NCBI GenBank assembly: GCA_963848295.1
Contig: CAWKDB010000010.1
Coordinates: 1,472,001 to 1,536,000, forward strand
DNA: 64,000 bases
Reading direction: 5' to 3'
DNA from: an uncultured delta proteobacterium
GTDB taxonomy: Bacteria; Myxococcota_A; Polyangia; Haliangiales; Haliangiaceae
A program made the position numbers and the translations under genes. A model generated the notes under the pieces. The model was not told the DNA's origin, searched no databases, and was given only the letters and a program-made list of their open reading frames with translations. This document shows positions 11,173 to 25,787 of the stretch, in pieces (position 1 is the first letter of the stretch; each line of letters begins with the position of its first letter).

Positions 11173-11726
11173 GTGGCTCAAAAAGTCCTCGATGCGCTGA
11201 CCGCGAAATGGCCCGACGCGATCGTGCGCACCGGCTCGGCGCACGGCGACGAGATCGTCTGGGTGAAGCGAGAATCGCTGATCGATGTCGCGACCTGGCT
11301 GCGCGACGACCCCGCGATGGCGTTCGATTCGCCGGTGTTCTGCACCTGCATCGACTGGCTCGACTGGCGCCCGACCGGCCGCCCGCCGTCGGAGACGTGG
11401 AGCGAGGACAAGCCGCGGTTCACCGTGTGCTACCAGCTGCGCTCGCTCGCTCATCATCATCGGCTGCGCGTCGAGATCGAGCTCCCCGAGCACGATCCGC
11501 GCCTGGCCTCGCTGTCCGGGTTGTGGCCCGCGTTCAACTGGCAGGAGCGCGAGACGTTCGACATGTACGGCATCCGGTTCGATGGCCATCCCGATCTGCG
11601 GCGGATCTACCTGTACGAAGAGTTCATCGGCTATCCGCTGCGCAAGGACTACCCGAAGGAAAAACGCCAACCGTTGGTCCGTCGCGACGACCTGATCGAC
11701 GCGCCCCACAAGGCGGAGCACGAGTA

Positions 11727-11727
<1 letters not shown>
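11173..11727 (+). CDS. nuoC: NADH-quinone oxidoreductase subunit C
   Basis: NWQERETFDMYGIRFDGHPDLRRI, PLRKDYP. Confidence 0.95.
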
Positions 11728-12981
<1,254 letters not shown>

Positions 12982-14543
12982 GTGAGCGACCAAGTCACCC
13001 TCACGATCGACGGGCACCAGGTCAGCGTCCCGAAGGGCACGAACGTGCTCGAGGCGGCGAAGCTCGTCGGCATCGAGATCAGCGCGTTTTGCTATCACCC
13101 GGGCTTGCCGGTCGTCGCGCAGTGCCGGCAATGCCTGGTGTCGGTCGAGAAGAACCCGAAGCTGCAGCCGAGCTGTCAGCAGACGTGCGGCGAAGGCATG
13201 GTCGTGCACACGACCGACGCGCAGTCGACGCTCGCCCGCAAGCAGCAGCTCGAGTTCACGCTCGTCAACCATCCGATCGATTGCCCGATCTGCGACAAGG
13301 CGGGCGAGTGCACGCTGCAGAAGCTGTACTTCGACCACGACAACGCGAACTCGCGGGTCGACACGCCGAAGGTGCACAAGGCGAAGGTCGTCGACCTCGG
13401 GCCGCATATCGTGCTCGATCAAGAGCGCTGCATCCTGTGCTCGCGCTGCATCCGCGTGTGCGACGAGGTCGCGGGCCAGCATCAGCTCGAGTTCGCCTAT
13501 CGCGGCGACCACGAGCTCCTGACGACCGCGCCCGGCGAGCAGCTCGACAACGCGTACTCGCTCAACACCGTCGACGTCTGTCCGGTCGGTGCGCTGACCG
13601 CGAAGGACTACCGGTTCACGATGCGCGCGTGGGAGCTCGACGCGACGCCGAGCGTGTGCCCCGGCTGCTCGACCGGCTGCAACATCGAGATCCATCACAA
13701 GAACGGCCGCGCCTGGCGACTGATTCCGCGGCTCAACGCGGACGTCAACAAGTACTGGATGTGCGACGAGGGTCGAGATACCTATCACGAGCTGCGCGAT
13801 CGAGCGGCTCGCGTCGGCGACGGTCGACGGCCTGCCCGCCGGCTGGGATCGCGCGATCGCGCACGCGGCGAAGCGGCTCGGCGTGCTCCTCAAGGACCCG
13901 GCGCAGATCGGCGTCGTGTTGTCGGCGGTTCACAACAACGAGGACAACTTCGCGCTCGCCCGGCTCGCGATCGAGTGGAAGGTCGGCCACGTGTTCGTCG
14001 CCGGCAGGCCACCGGTTCCGGCTCGCGCCGACGGCAGGCTCAAGACCGCCGACGTCAACCCGAACACCGCCGGGGTCAAGGCGATCGCCGAGGCGCTCGG
14101 GCTGACGACCCGGCCCGCCTACGAGCTCGAAGCCACGCTCGGGTCGCTGCGCGCGCTGATCGCGCTCGGCGACGTGCTGCCGGGCGCGCCGACCGCGAAG
14201 CTCAAAGAGCTCGAGCTGATCTCGATCAGCGCGCACGAACGCGGCGCGGTGCCACACGCCAAGGTCGCGTTGCCTTCGGCCGCGTGGGCCGAGTGCGCCG
14301 GCACGATCACGAACGCCAAGGGCATGGTGCAACGCAACACGCGGCCTTCGCGCCGCCCGGCCAAGCGCTCGCGGGCTGGGAAGCGGTCGTCCGGCTCGCC
14401 CATGCGACCGGCGTCAAGCTGCCGTGGGTTCATGCGCGCGACGTGTTCAAAGACATGACCGGGCGAGTCCCGGCGTGGAAGGACCTGACCTGGCCGCGCG
14501 AAGCTCGTCCGCTCGCGTTGCGGTTCGCGGGGAGCCGAGGCTG

Positions 14544-14544
<1 letters not shown>
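12982..14544 (+). CDS. nuoG: NADH-quinone oxidoreductase subunit G-like (short), two compensating apparent frameshifts near 13800 and 14337
   Basis: FCYHP..CRQC, HPIDCPICDKAGEC, CILCSRC, CPGCSTGC; middle section reads in the 13802-14336 frame. Confidence 0.85.
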
Positions 14545-16212
<1,668 letters not shown>

Positions 16213-16214
16213 TC

Positions 16215-16898
<684 letters not shown>

Positions 16899-16908
16899 TC
16901 GCGCCGCG

Positions 16909-18369
16909 CTACTCGATGACCGTGCCGACGCAGGCCGCGATGTCGAAGAAGATGAAGGCGAGCGCCTTCTCCTGCGGTGACAGCGGCTCGAGCTGACCGT
17001 TGCTGTCGACCGCGCAGCCGTTCGGGTACGGCACCGACGAGCTCGACGTCGAGCCCGAGGCGACGTGCATGTCGGAGAACACGACCTTGCCGCAGCGCTG
17101 GCTGCCATCGACGTCGAGCGGCGTCGTGAACTGGAGGTCCTGCACGCTGGTGTGGCTGTTGTTGGCGGGGAGCATCGGATCGACGTACGCCCAGCGCTCG
17201 GACTGCATCGGGTCGTTCGAGGCGAGCGTGTAGCGGGCTTCGCTGATCGGGATCTGGTCGCGCGTCGTCGACGCGCCGACGTTCACCAACCAAGTCGCGA
17301 ACGACGGGCCCTTCGCGTTGCTGTTCTCGTCGATGCTCGCGATCGCGTCGTCTTGATCTTCGGGTGCATCGTAATCGAACGTCGCGACCGCTTCCCAGTC
17401 GGTGAGCCCGTGCGAGAGGTTGCCACCCTCACCGCCGATCCAGATGTTTTGCCAATGCGACATGAACACGCGACCGCCGGCGCTCGCGTAGTCGTGGAGT
17501 GCCTGCATCGCGCTCTGCGGCTTGCTCGCCTGATACTGGCCGCCCTCGCAAGAGAACATCACGATGTCGTACTTCGACAGGCTCGCGGTCGTAGCCCACA
17601 GCGTCTCGGCATCGCCGAACGCCAAGCCCGGACCGCCCGGCCATGCCGGATCGAACGTCGTCGCGCCTTCGCCGTGCCCCGCGCCCCCGTTCGCGAACAG
17701 CTGCACGTGACCGCCGCCCGCGTCGTTCGTGATCTCGGTCGGATCGATGCCGAGCTTGTAGACGAGGCACTCGAGCGCATCGAACGCGCCGGTCGTCACC
17801 GCGATGAACGGCATGTCGACTTTCGGTTGGCCATTGCCGTCGACCGCGGTGTTCGGCGACAGGTCGCTGCGGCTCTTCGGCAGCGTGGTGTCGACGGTCG
17901 CGACCGGCGCGCTCACACACGCATCGACGTGCGGCACGATGAGTTGGCGCCGCCACTTGCCGACCTGGATGACGAGCGGCACCGCGTCGGTCGCCGGCAC
18001 GTTGCGCAGCGTGAAGTTGCCTGCTTCGTCGGTGGTCGTCGACACCACCGCGCCACCGAGCAGACCGTTGTTGCAGTTGTCGCACGTCACGCCGGTCGCG
18101 AGCGGACCCGGATCGGAGAACGGCACGTAGACGTTCACGCCGTAGAGCGGCAGCGTGCCGTTCGGTGCGTAGACCGTGCCCGTGAGGATCGTCGCGTCCG
18201 GTGCGAGCCCGCGCGGCACGCAGTTGACTTGAAAGCACGCGAGGCCTGCGGTGCACGCGGCGTCGGCCGTGATCACGTCGGGCGTAGCATCCGCGGCCAG
18301 CGTGTGATGGTGGTTGCCGCAGGCGCCGAGCGCGCTGACCAAGAGCAGCGCGCGAGTCATGTGCTTCAT
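16909..18369 (-). CDS. Myxobacterial lipoprotein with carboxypeptidase-regulatory-like domain
   Basis: Lipobox LGAC, GTVYAPNG..LY, GKWRRQ, QEKALAFIFFDI C-terminus. Confidence 0.7.
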   Translation of the reverse strand: MKHMTRALLLVSALGACGNHHHTLAADATPDVITADAACTAGLACFQVNCVPRGLAPDATILTGTVYAPNGTLPLYGVNVYVPFSDPGPLATGVTCDNCNNGLLGGAVVSTTTDEAGNFTLRNVPATDAVPLVIQVGKWRRQLIVPHVDACVSAPVATVDTTLPKSRSDLSPNTAVDGNGQPKVDMPFIAVTTGAFDALECLVYKLGIDPTEITNDAGGGHVQLFANGGAGHGEGATTFDPAWPGGPGLAFGDAETLWATTASLSKYDIVMFSCEGGQYQASKPQSAMQALHDYASAGGRVFMSHWQNIWIGGEGGNLSHGLTDWEAVATFDYDAPEDQDDAIASIDENSNAKGPSFATWLVNVGASTTRDQIPISEARYTLASNDPMQSERWAYVDPMLPANNSHTSVQDLQFTTPLDVDGSQRCGKVVFSDMHVASGSTSSSSVPYPNGCAVDSNGQLEPLSPQEKALAFIFFDIAACVGTVIE

Positions 18370-18760
18370 CGTGGCCGCGGAGAATACAGAGACCGCTGAT
18401 CGAGTCCAGCGCGATCTCGCTCGCAGCGACTATCCGGCGCGCGTGGATTCTGACGTTTCGGCGATCGGCGAGCAAGAGCCGACTGCGCGCGATCCGTGAG
18501 TGATCCGGAAGTGATCGACGGCGCGTTTTTCCATTGACGGATCGAAACGCGATCCTTAGATTCATAAGCGAGCACCGACGGTCCGATGCGAGACCCGGGG
18601 TGAATCTGTCTCCTACAATAGCTATCCAGGGATCTGCCTCTGTTCTGGGTGTGCACGCCCGCTCGTCGGGAAGCCCAAAGGATTATGCGGAGCCCACCTA
18701 CGCCAAACGTAGGGGGTAGAAAACCCTACGGTCGGACGGTCGTGCTCATTTTGGGGCGCA

Positions 18761-21268
18761 GTGGTTAATCGCCACTGCGCCCCGTTCCTTGTTTCGGCGG
18801 TGGCGATCGCCGGATGCGGGAGCGCGCCGGCACCGATCGAGGTCAGCTCGGGTCGGATGACCGCGCAGATCTATTCCGACCCCGCACAGATCGTCCTGCG
18901 CGTCGACGACGCGATCGTGTGGCAGACCGAGCGCGGCGGCGGCAACGCGGGCAGCGGCCCACCGAACGGCTTCGCGGCGGTCGGACCGCTCGACGTCGCG
19001 GTCGAGATGGAGTTCGGGTCGTTCGAGTTCACCGAAGCGACCGCATCGGAGGTGTGGACGACGATCGATCAGCTCGGCGCGATCACGCCGACCGCGACCG
19101 GCGCCTCGTTCGAGCTCCGCCACGGCGACACGAAGATCGGCACCGGCACGCTCGACTTCGACACCGCGCTCGAATCCGGAGCGAATCCGGGTGCAGCGGG
19201 CTTTCCAGGTCACATCCGGATCACGTTGTTCGCCGACACCGGCGATCGGATCTCGCTCGCCACGCCGTGTGGAGCGAACGAGCACTTCGCCGGGCTCGGC
19301 GGACAATCGTTCGACGTCGACCACCACGGCCAGACGGTGCCGCTGTGGGTGCAGGAAGACGGTATCGGGAAAGATCCGACCCCTGACGATCAGTACAGCG
19401 GCATCTGGTTCTTGACCGGCCGCCGGCACTCGACCCACTCGCCGCAGCCGATGCTGCTGTCATCGCAAGGCTATGCGCTCGCGGTCGATACGAACGCGCG
19501 CGCGGTGTTCGCGCTGTGCTCGGAGCAGCCGGATGTCGCGCGGTTCGAAGCGTGGGAGCCGACGCTCGATCTGGACGTGTTCATCGGCGATGACGCCTCG
19601 CCGCGCGACGCGCTCGGCCTGATGGATGCGTGGGTCGGCAAGCCGGCGACGCCTCCGGCGACGGTGTTCGCGCCGTGGGTCGACGCGATCATGGGCTCGG
19701 CGAGCGTCCGTCAGGTCGCGGGCGCGCTGCGCAGCAACGGCATCTCGTCGTCGGTGATCTGGACCGAGGATTGGCGCGGCGGCGGCGAAGGCGCGACCGG
19801 CTACGCGATCACCGAGGACTGGCGCGTCGATCGCACGCTGTATCCGGACTTCGAACAGCTCGCGAGCGACCTGCACTCCGCCGGGTTCGCGTTCGCGACC
19901 TACAACAACACGTTCCTCGACTCGGCCGCGGACATCTACGCCGAGGCGACCGGCGACGGCTACGGGCTGCACGACGGCAATGGCGCGACGTACACGTTCA
20001 TGGACGACACGTTCGCGCAGGGATCGATGGTGGATCTCACGAACCCCGCCGCGGTCGCGTACACGAAGAGCGTCTATAGCGAAGGCATCGCGCTCGGCGC
20101 CGACGGCTGGATGGCGGACTTCGGCGAATGGCAGCCGACCGACGCGACGCTCGCATCCGGCGAGAGCGCGCTCGCCGTTCACAACCGCTACCCGGTCGAT
20201 TGGGCGCAGCTCAACCACGACTTGCTCGCGAGCGCGCCGGCCGGGCGACCCGATCCGATCTACTTCATGCGCTCGGCGTGGCTGCACTCGCAGCCGCTCG
20301 TCCAGGTCCTGTGGCCCGGCGATCAGCAGACCGACTTCTCCGACGGTGACGGCTTCCCATCGGTCGTGCCGATGGGCATCGGTCTCGGCGTCACCGGGTT
20401 TCCGTACTTCGGCAGCGACATCGCCGGCTACATGAGCCAGGGCACCTCGCCGACGACCGAGGAGCTGTTCTATCGCTGGGTCACGTTCGGCGCGCTATCG
20501 CCGGTGATGCGCACCCATCACGGCCGCAGCGCGGAGCAGAACTTCCAGTGGCAACACGACGCGAGCTCGATCGCGCACTTTCGGCGATGGGCTCGCTTCC
20601 ACATGCAGCTCGCCGCCTATCTCCAGGGCTCGATCGGCAGCTTCGAGCGCGATGGCCTGCCGCTGTTCCGCCTGACCGCGCTGGAATATCCCGACGAAGA
20701 TTGGGCGTGGACCGCGACCGACGAGTACATGCTCGGCGATCGGATCTTGGTCGCGCCGGTGAACGTGCAGGGTGCGACGTCGCGTCCGGTGCAGCTGCCG
20801 GCGGGCACGTGGTATCCGCTACTCGGCGGCGCCGCGACCGCGGGCGCGATCACCGCGAACGCCGCGATGACCGAGATCCCCGCGTTCGTGCCGGCTGGCT
20901 CGCTGCTCGTGCTCTATCCCGATGGCGTCGACTCGACGATCGACGCGACCGGCGTGGTCTCGCTATCGACGATCGGTGGCGACCGCGAGGTCTGGCTCTA
21001 TCCCGGCACTGCCGACGATCCCGCGCGCGCGGGCTGGAGCGATGCGATGGGCGCCGCCGGGACCGCGCAGTGGACGTGGAGTGGCGGCGGCGCGCTGCCG
21101 ACCACCGCGACGTGGAACGGCGCCACGGTGACGATCACGCCCGGCGCCGGCTACGTCACGATCGCGGTGGTCGGCGACGGCACGCTCCAGCTCGACACCG
21201 GCGGCCAGCTCGTGATCGCGCGCGGCTCGCCGACCGCGAATGTCACGGTGCGGGTCTACGGCGGCTAG
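18761..21268 (+). CDS. Glycoside hydrolase family 31 lipoprotein
   Basis: IAGC lipobox, GWMADFGE nucleophile, WPGDQ acid/base, GSDIAGY, PVMRTH. Confidence 0.88.
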   Translation: MVNRHCAPFLVSAVAIAGCGSAPAPIEVSSGRMTAQIYSDPAQIVLRVDDAIVWQTERGGGNAGSGPPNGFAAVGPLDVAVEMEFGSFEFTEATASEVWTTIDQLGAITPTATGASFELRHGDTKIGTGTLDFDTALESGANPGAAGFPGHIRITLFADTGDRISLATPCGANEHFAGLGGQSFDVDHHGQTVPLWVQEDGIGKDPTPDDQYSGIWFLTGRRHSTHSPQPMLLSSQGYALAVDTNARAVFALCSEQPDVARFEAWEPTLDLDVFIGDDASPRDALGLMDAWVGKPATPPATVFAPWVDAIMGSASVRQVAGALRSNGISSSVIWTEDWRGGGEGATGYAITEDWRVDRTLYPDFEQLASDLHSAGFAFATYNNTFLDSAADIYAEATGDGYGLHDGNGATYTFMDDTFAQGSMVDLTNPAAVAYTKSVYSEGIALGADGWMADFGEWQPTDATLASGESALAVHNRYPVDWAQLNHDLLASAPAGRPDPIYFMRSAWLHSQPLVQVLWPGDQQTDFSDGDGFPSVVPMGIGLGVTGFPYFGSDIAGYMSQGTSPTTEELFYRWVTFGALSPVMRTHHGRSAEQNFQWQHDASSIAHFRRWARFHMQLAAYLQGSIGSFERDGLPLFRLTALEYPDEDWAWTATDEYMLGDRILVAPVNVQGATSRPVQLPAGTWYPLLGGAATAGAITANAAMTEIPAFVPAGSLLVLYPDGVDSTIDATGVVSLSTIGGDREVWLYPGTADDPARAGWSDAMGAAGTAQWTWSGGGALPTTATWNGATVTITPGAGYVTIAVVGDGTLQLDTGGQLVIARGSPTANVTVRVYGG

Positions 21269-22611
21269 GGCGCGGACAGCCAGGCGGCGAGGTCGTCGAT
21301 CACCTGCTTGTCGACATGGGCCGGCTTGACGTAGTCGCCGGGCCCGGGCGGGCCCTCGCCAACGTTGAACGCGTGGCTCAGACCTGGATACGTGTGAAAC
21401 GTGACGTTCTGGTCGTGAGCGAGCGCGGTCTTCCAGCGCGCGAAGTCGACGGTCGGCGACACCTGGTAGTCGCGCTCGCCTTGCAGCACGAGGATCGGAA
21501 TCTTGAGCTTCGCGGCCACGCGCTCCGGGTGGTAGCCGCGGACGTCGAGGAAGTATGCGCCGGTGAAGGGATGGCCGCCGAACGGATTGTCGATCACGTC
21601 GTCGGGCTTGAGCTTCGGGTTGTCGATCGCCGCCTTGAACTTCTCGGCCTTGGCGATCAGGTCGTCGACCTTCGGCTCGCCTGGCTGGATGGTCTTGAAG
21701 TAGTGCCCCTGCATCAGGATCGAATCCGCGAGCGGCTGGGTCGACCCGGCGAAGATCACGAGCCGCTTGATCGCCGGATCGGCCTGCGCGATGCGAGGCG
21801 CGAGGTAACCGCCTTGACTGTGCCCGAGCAGCGCGATCCGCGACGCGTCGACCTCGGGCACCGTACGCAACAGCGCGACCGCGGCGTGCGCGGCGTCGTC
21901 GACCTCGTCCTTCTGAGTGCGCACACCCTCGGGGTGGACGAGCGAGCGCTTGTCGTAGCGCAGCACCGCGATGCCGTGGCTCGCCAAGCCCCACGCGAGA
22001 TCGTGGAACACCTCGATCGAGCCCATGACCTCGTCGCGAGTGCCCGGCCCCGAGCCGTGAACGAGCACGACCGCGGGCACGTGGTGCGCACCCTTCGGCA
22101 GCGTCAGCGTGCCGGGCAACGCGGGATTGCCGATCGACACCTCGCGCTCCTCGAATGCATCCGGTGTCGCGTACGAGGGCGGTTGCCACGGCAGCGGCGC
22201 GACCGAGAGCCCCGCGATGCGATGGTCGGGCGCGAACACGATGCGGATCACGACCCGCTTGCCGGCGAACGCGGTGGTCGCCGACGCGATCTGCATCCCG
22301 GCCTCGGCCTCGAGCTCCACGCGGTCGACGCTGACGTACGGCCCGACCTGCTTCTGCAACTCGCTCCACAGCTCCGCGAGCTTGTCGACCGGCATCGCGC
22401 CGCGCATCCGATCGTCGAACATCGCGAACGCGCCGTGAACGTCGGCGTGCGCGAGCATCGCGATGAAGTCCTTGGCGCGAACGTCGTCACTCGCGACCGG
22501 CTCGGGCTTCGGCGCCGGGGCCGGGGCTGGGGCAGGCGTCGGTGGCGCGACCGGCTTCGGCGCCGGGTGAGAGCCGCAGGCCACGAGCAGGGCGAACGCG
22601 AGGCGCTTCAT
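21265..22611 (-). CDS. Lipoprotein, DUF3887-like domain + alpha/beta hydrolase
   Basis: LVAC lipobox, VHGSGP, RYDKR, GHSQGG, QGERDYQV, H at GLSH. Confidence 0.85.
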   Translation of the reverse strand: MKRLAFALLVACGSHPAPKPVAPPTPAPAPAPAPKPEPVASDDVRAKDFIAMLAHADVHGAFAMFDDRMRGAMPVDKLAELWSELQKQVGPYVSVDRVELEAEAGMQIASATTAFAGKRVVIRIVFAPDHRIAGLSVAPLPWQPPSYATPDAFEEREVSIGNPALPGTLTLPKGAHHVPAVVLVHGSGPGTRDEVMGSIEVFHDLAWGLASHGIAVLRYDKRSLVHPEGVRTQKDEVDDAAHAAVALLRTVPEVDASRIALLGHSQGGYLAPRIAQADPAIKRLVIFAGSTQPLADSILMQGHYFKTIQPGEPKVDDLIAKAEKFKAAIDNPKLKPDDVIDNPFGGHPFTGAYFLDVRGYHPERVAAKLKIPILVLQGERDYQVSPTVDFARWKTALAHDQNVTFHTYPGLSHAFNVGEGPPGPGDYVKPAHVDKQVIDDLAAWLSAP

Positions 22612-22621
22612 GCGTGCGGTT

Positions 22622-23422
22622 CTACCGCGCGAGCAAGCTCGATGGAATGACGAGCTCGTGCGTGACCGCGCCCGATGCGATCGTCACGACGGCGTAGTGC
22701 CGCGCGCCGTTGTATTGCGGCATCGGGAATCGCGCGAACAGCCGGCGCACGCGCGGATCTTCGTGTAGCCGCCAGCCTTCGGCGCGCTGCGACTGGAACG
22801 GAATCGTCGCGACGCCGATCGGCGCGACCGAGACCTCGATGCCCGGCGGCGCGCTCGCGCGAATATCGTCCTTCGACAGCTGGATCTCGATCGAGCCCTG
22901 CGCCTCGGGCATCGCGTCGACGAGACAACGCCAGTCGCCGATCCGCAGCTCGACAAACGACAGCCGGACCCAGCGCCTGAGCTCGCCCGCGGGGGGCGCG
23001 ACGGCGGCGGCGGTGGTCGGCGGGATCGGGCCGGCCTCGTCCCGGCACACGCCGTACGGGAGCTCGAGCACGAACGTCTTGTCGTCGACCTTGACCGCGA
23101 GCCAGGTATCGGCGAGCGGATCGTCGGGCCACGGCAGCGTCCACAGCCCGCGGTAGTGCCACCAGCCACCGCTGCCGGTCGCGCCGGCGAACACATCGTC
23201 GTCGGTCGCGATCTCGTAGCGCCGAGTGCCCGAGTAGAGCGCGAGCTCGAACGCCTTGGCGGTCGGCAGCTCGCTCTGCGCTTCCTTGCCTTCTTGGACG
23301 CGCGTCGCGAGCTGGAAGATCAGGCCGTCGGCGGTCGACGTGAGCAGCGCTTGCAGATCGGCGCCGTTCGCGTAGCGCGACGGCAACGCATCGAACGTGA
23401 TCGTGGACCAGCTTGTCGTCAT
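22622..23422 (-). CDS. Hypothetical protein
   Basis: ATG overlaps upstream CPBP stop (ATGA); protein-like composition. Confidence 0.6.
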   Translation of the reverse strand: MTTSWSTITFDALPSRYANGADLQALLTSTADGLIFQLATRVQEGKEAQSELPTAKAFELALYSGTRRYEIATDDDVFAGATGSGGWWHYRGLWTLPWPDDPLADTWLAVKVDDKTFVLELPYGVCRDEAGPIPPTTAAAVAPPAGELRRWVRLSFVELRIGDWRCLVDAMPEAQGSIEIQLSKDDIRASAPPGIEVSVAPIGVATIPFQSQRAEGWRLHEDPRVRRLFARFPMPQYNGARHYAVVTIASGAVTHELVIPSSLLAR

Positions 23423-24246
23423 CGGCAGAAGTGCCCGCTTCCAATCGGTGGGCAGCCGCGTAGTGCGAGGACGTCCATCGTCATCGCAACGCCGACATGG
23501 ATCAAGACCCCACCCCAGATCGATCGCGTGCGCATCGCGAGCGTGCCGAGGATCAGGCCGGCGCCGATGGCCCCGATCGTCTCCGGCCACGGCTTGCCGT
23601 AGTGGATCATGCAATACGGCACGATCATCACGAAGATCGCGTTCGCGCCGAACGCCCGGCGCAGACCCTGGAGCAGAAACCCGCGAAAGAAGATCTCGAG
23701 CGCCAAGAACTGCGCCGCATAGGCGGCTTCCCAGATCCACAGGTCGGTGCCCGAGCGATTCGCCATGCGATAGAACGGGTAGGTCTGGCGGAACATCTCG
23801 GTCCGCGACGCGAGGAACACCGCGGGCAAGACGCACAAGAACAGCGTCGCGTAGATCCACAGGTGCTTGAAGAACCCGCGCCCCGAGACGTGGTAGTCGC
23901 GGATGTGCTCGCCCGGGGTCACGAGCAACACGCCCCACGGGATCACGACGTAGCCGATCACGCGCCACGCCGACCACCAGATGTAGCTCTTGAGCACGTA
24001 GTACGGATCGTGGCCGTGCTGCGGGAACACCTTCTGGAACGTCTCGTCGTCGCCGACGTACCACTGCACGGTCAGCCCGATCGCCGCGGTCACCATCACG
24101 AGCACGACGCGCCAGCTCGTGCGCCCCGCTTCGTCCGGATCTCGGACGGTCTCGCGATCGATCGCGCGCCACTGGTCGATCGAGACCTTGCGGATCATCC
24201 GCGCCAGCCACGACGCGAGCCGCGCGGGTCGCGACGGCGGAAACAC
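23419..24246 (-). CDS. CPBP (CAAX/Abi) family intramembrane glutamic protease
   Basis: [24 protein letters not shown]; multiple TMs. Confidence 0.85.
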   Translation of the reverse strand: MFPPSRPARLASWLARMIRKVSIDQWRAIDRETVRDPDEAGRTSWRVVLVMVTAAIGLTVQWYVGDDETFQKVFPQHGHDPYYVLKSYIWWSAWRVIGYVVIPWGVLLVTPGEHIRDYHVSGRGFFKHLWIYATLFLCVLPAVFLASRTEMFRQTYPFYRMANRSGTDLWIWEAAYAAQFLALEIFFRGFLLQGLRRAFGANAIFVMIVPYCMIHYGKPWPETIGAIGAGLILGTLAMRTRSIWGGVLIHVGVAMTMDVLALRGCPPIGSGHFCR

Positions 24247-25749
24247 CTAGGCGCCTTTGGCCGCGGGGGCCGTCGGCTTCGCGGGCGCGGCCGGTTGCTT
24301 GGCGATCAGCTCGGCCGCCTTGCGCAGCCGCCGCCGCGTGATCTCCTTGCCGATCACCGCCATCGTCTCGAACAGCGGGGGCGATGCCTTGCGACCGGTC
24401 ACCGCGAGCCGGAGCAGCGTGAACGAGTGCTTCGTCTTCCAGCCCAGCGCCTCGGTCCACGCGCGACCGACCTGCTCGAGCATCGCGCCGTCCCAGCCGA
24501 CGTGAGCCTCGAACCGCTCGACGTAATCGAGCAGCGCCGCCGCGACCGCGCCCGGCGCGACCTCGGGCACCGCCATGTCGGCGAGCACCGGCGCGTAGTC
24601 GAGCTCGCCGGAGAACAAATACTCGGTCGCCGGGATGAACTCGTCGAGCTTCTTGATCCGCTCGCGGACGAGCGGCAGGACCTTGACGAGCTGCTCGCGA
24701 TTGAGCCGCCACTTGATCAGCTCGTCGGCGAGCTGCTCGTACGTCAGCTCGTGCAGGTACTGCTCGTTGAGCCAGGTCAGCTTCGCGAGATCGAACACCG
24801 GGCCGCCGAGCGAGATCCGATCCCACGAGAACGCCGCGATCATCTCGTCGAGCGTGAACTTCTCGCGGTCGCCGCCGAACGACCACCCCATCGTGCCGAG
24901 GAAGTTGAGCAGCGCTTGCGGCAACACGCCGATGTCCCGGTAGTAGTTGATCGAGACCGGGTGCTTGCGCTTGCTGATCTTCGTCTTGTCCTTGTCCGGG
25001 TTGCGGAGCAACGGCATGTGGATGAACTCGGGCGGGTCCCAGCCGAACGCCTTGTAGAGCAGGACGTGCTTCGGCGTCGACGAGATCCACTCCTCGGCGC
25101 GCACGACGTGCGAGATCTCCATCAGGTGATCGTCGACGACGTTCGCGAGGTGATAGGTCGGCAGGCCGTCCGACTTGATCAGCACCTGATCGTCGAGGTC
25201 CTTGGCATCGCGCGAGATGGCGCCGCGCAGCTTGTCGACGAACTCGACCGCGCCCGCGACCGGGACCTTGAGCCGGATCACGTGGGACTCGCCCGCGGCC
25301 GCACGCTTGGCGCCGTCGCCGGGAGCGAGATCACGGCAGTGGCGATCGTAGCCGAGGGTCTGCTTCGCGGCTTTTTGCACCGCGCGGACCTGCTCGAGGC
25401 GCTGCTCGGTGCAGAAGCAGCGATACGCCTCACCGCGCGCGAGCAAGATGTCGGCGTGCTCCTTGTAGATCGCGCTGCGCTCGCTCTGCCGGTACGGGGC
25501 AAACGGCCCCCCGACGTCCGGCCCTTCGTCCCACGACAGGCCGACCCAGTGCAGCGCGTCGTAGATCATCTGCTCGGAGTCGGCGCGCGCGCGCGTCTGA
25601 TCGGTATCTTCGATGCGCAGCACGAGCTTGCCGCCCTGCTGGCGCGCGAACACGTAGTCGAACAGCGCGATGTAAGCGGTGCCAACGTGCGGATCGCCGG
25701 TCGGCGATGGTGCGATCCGCACACGCACGGGCCGGACGGCTGGTGCCAT
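24247..25749 (-). CDS. gltX: Glutamate--tRNA ligase
   Basis: [36 protein letters not shown]. Confidence 0.96.
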   Translation of the reverse strand: MAPAVRPVRVRIAPSPTGDPHVGTAYIALFDYVFARQQGGKLVLRIEDTDQTRARADSEQMIYDALHWVGLSWDEGPDVGGPFAPYRQSERSAIYKEHADILLARGEAYRCFCTEQRLEQVRAVQKAAKQTLGYDRHCRDLAPGDGAKRAAAGESHVIRLKVPVAGAVEFVDKLRGAISRDAKDLDDQVLIKSDGLPTYHLANVVDDHLMEISHVVRAEEWISSTPKHVLLYKAFGWDPPEFIHMPLLRNPDKDKTKISKRKHPVSINYYRDIGVLPQALLNFLGTMGWSFGGDREKFTLDEMIAAFSWDRISLGGPVFDLAKLTWLNEQYLHELTYEQLADELIKWRLNREQLVKVLPLVRERIKKLDEFIPATEYLFSGELDYAPVLADMAVPEVAPGAVAAALLDYVERFEAHVGWDGAMLEQVGRAWTEALGWKTKHSFTLLRLAVTGRKASPPLFETMAVIGKEITRRRLRKAAELIAKQPAAPAKPTAPAAKGA

Positions 25750-25787
25750 GGTGGGACCTTGTAACATGGCGTGATAGCCTCAGGAAG

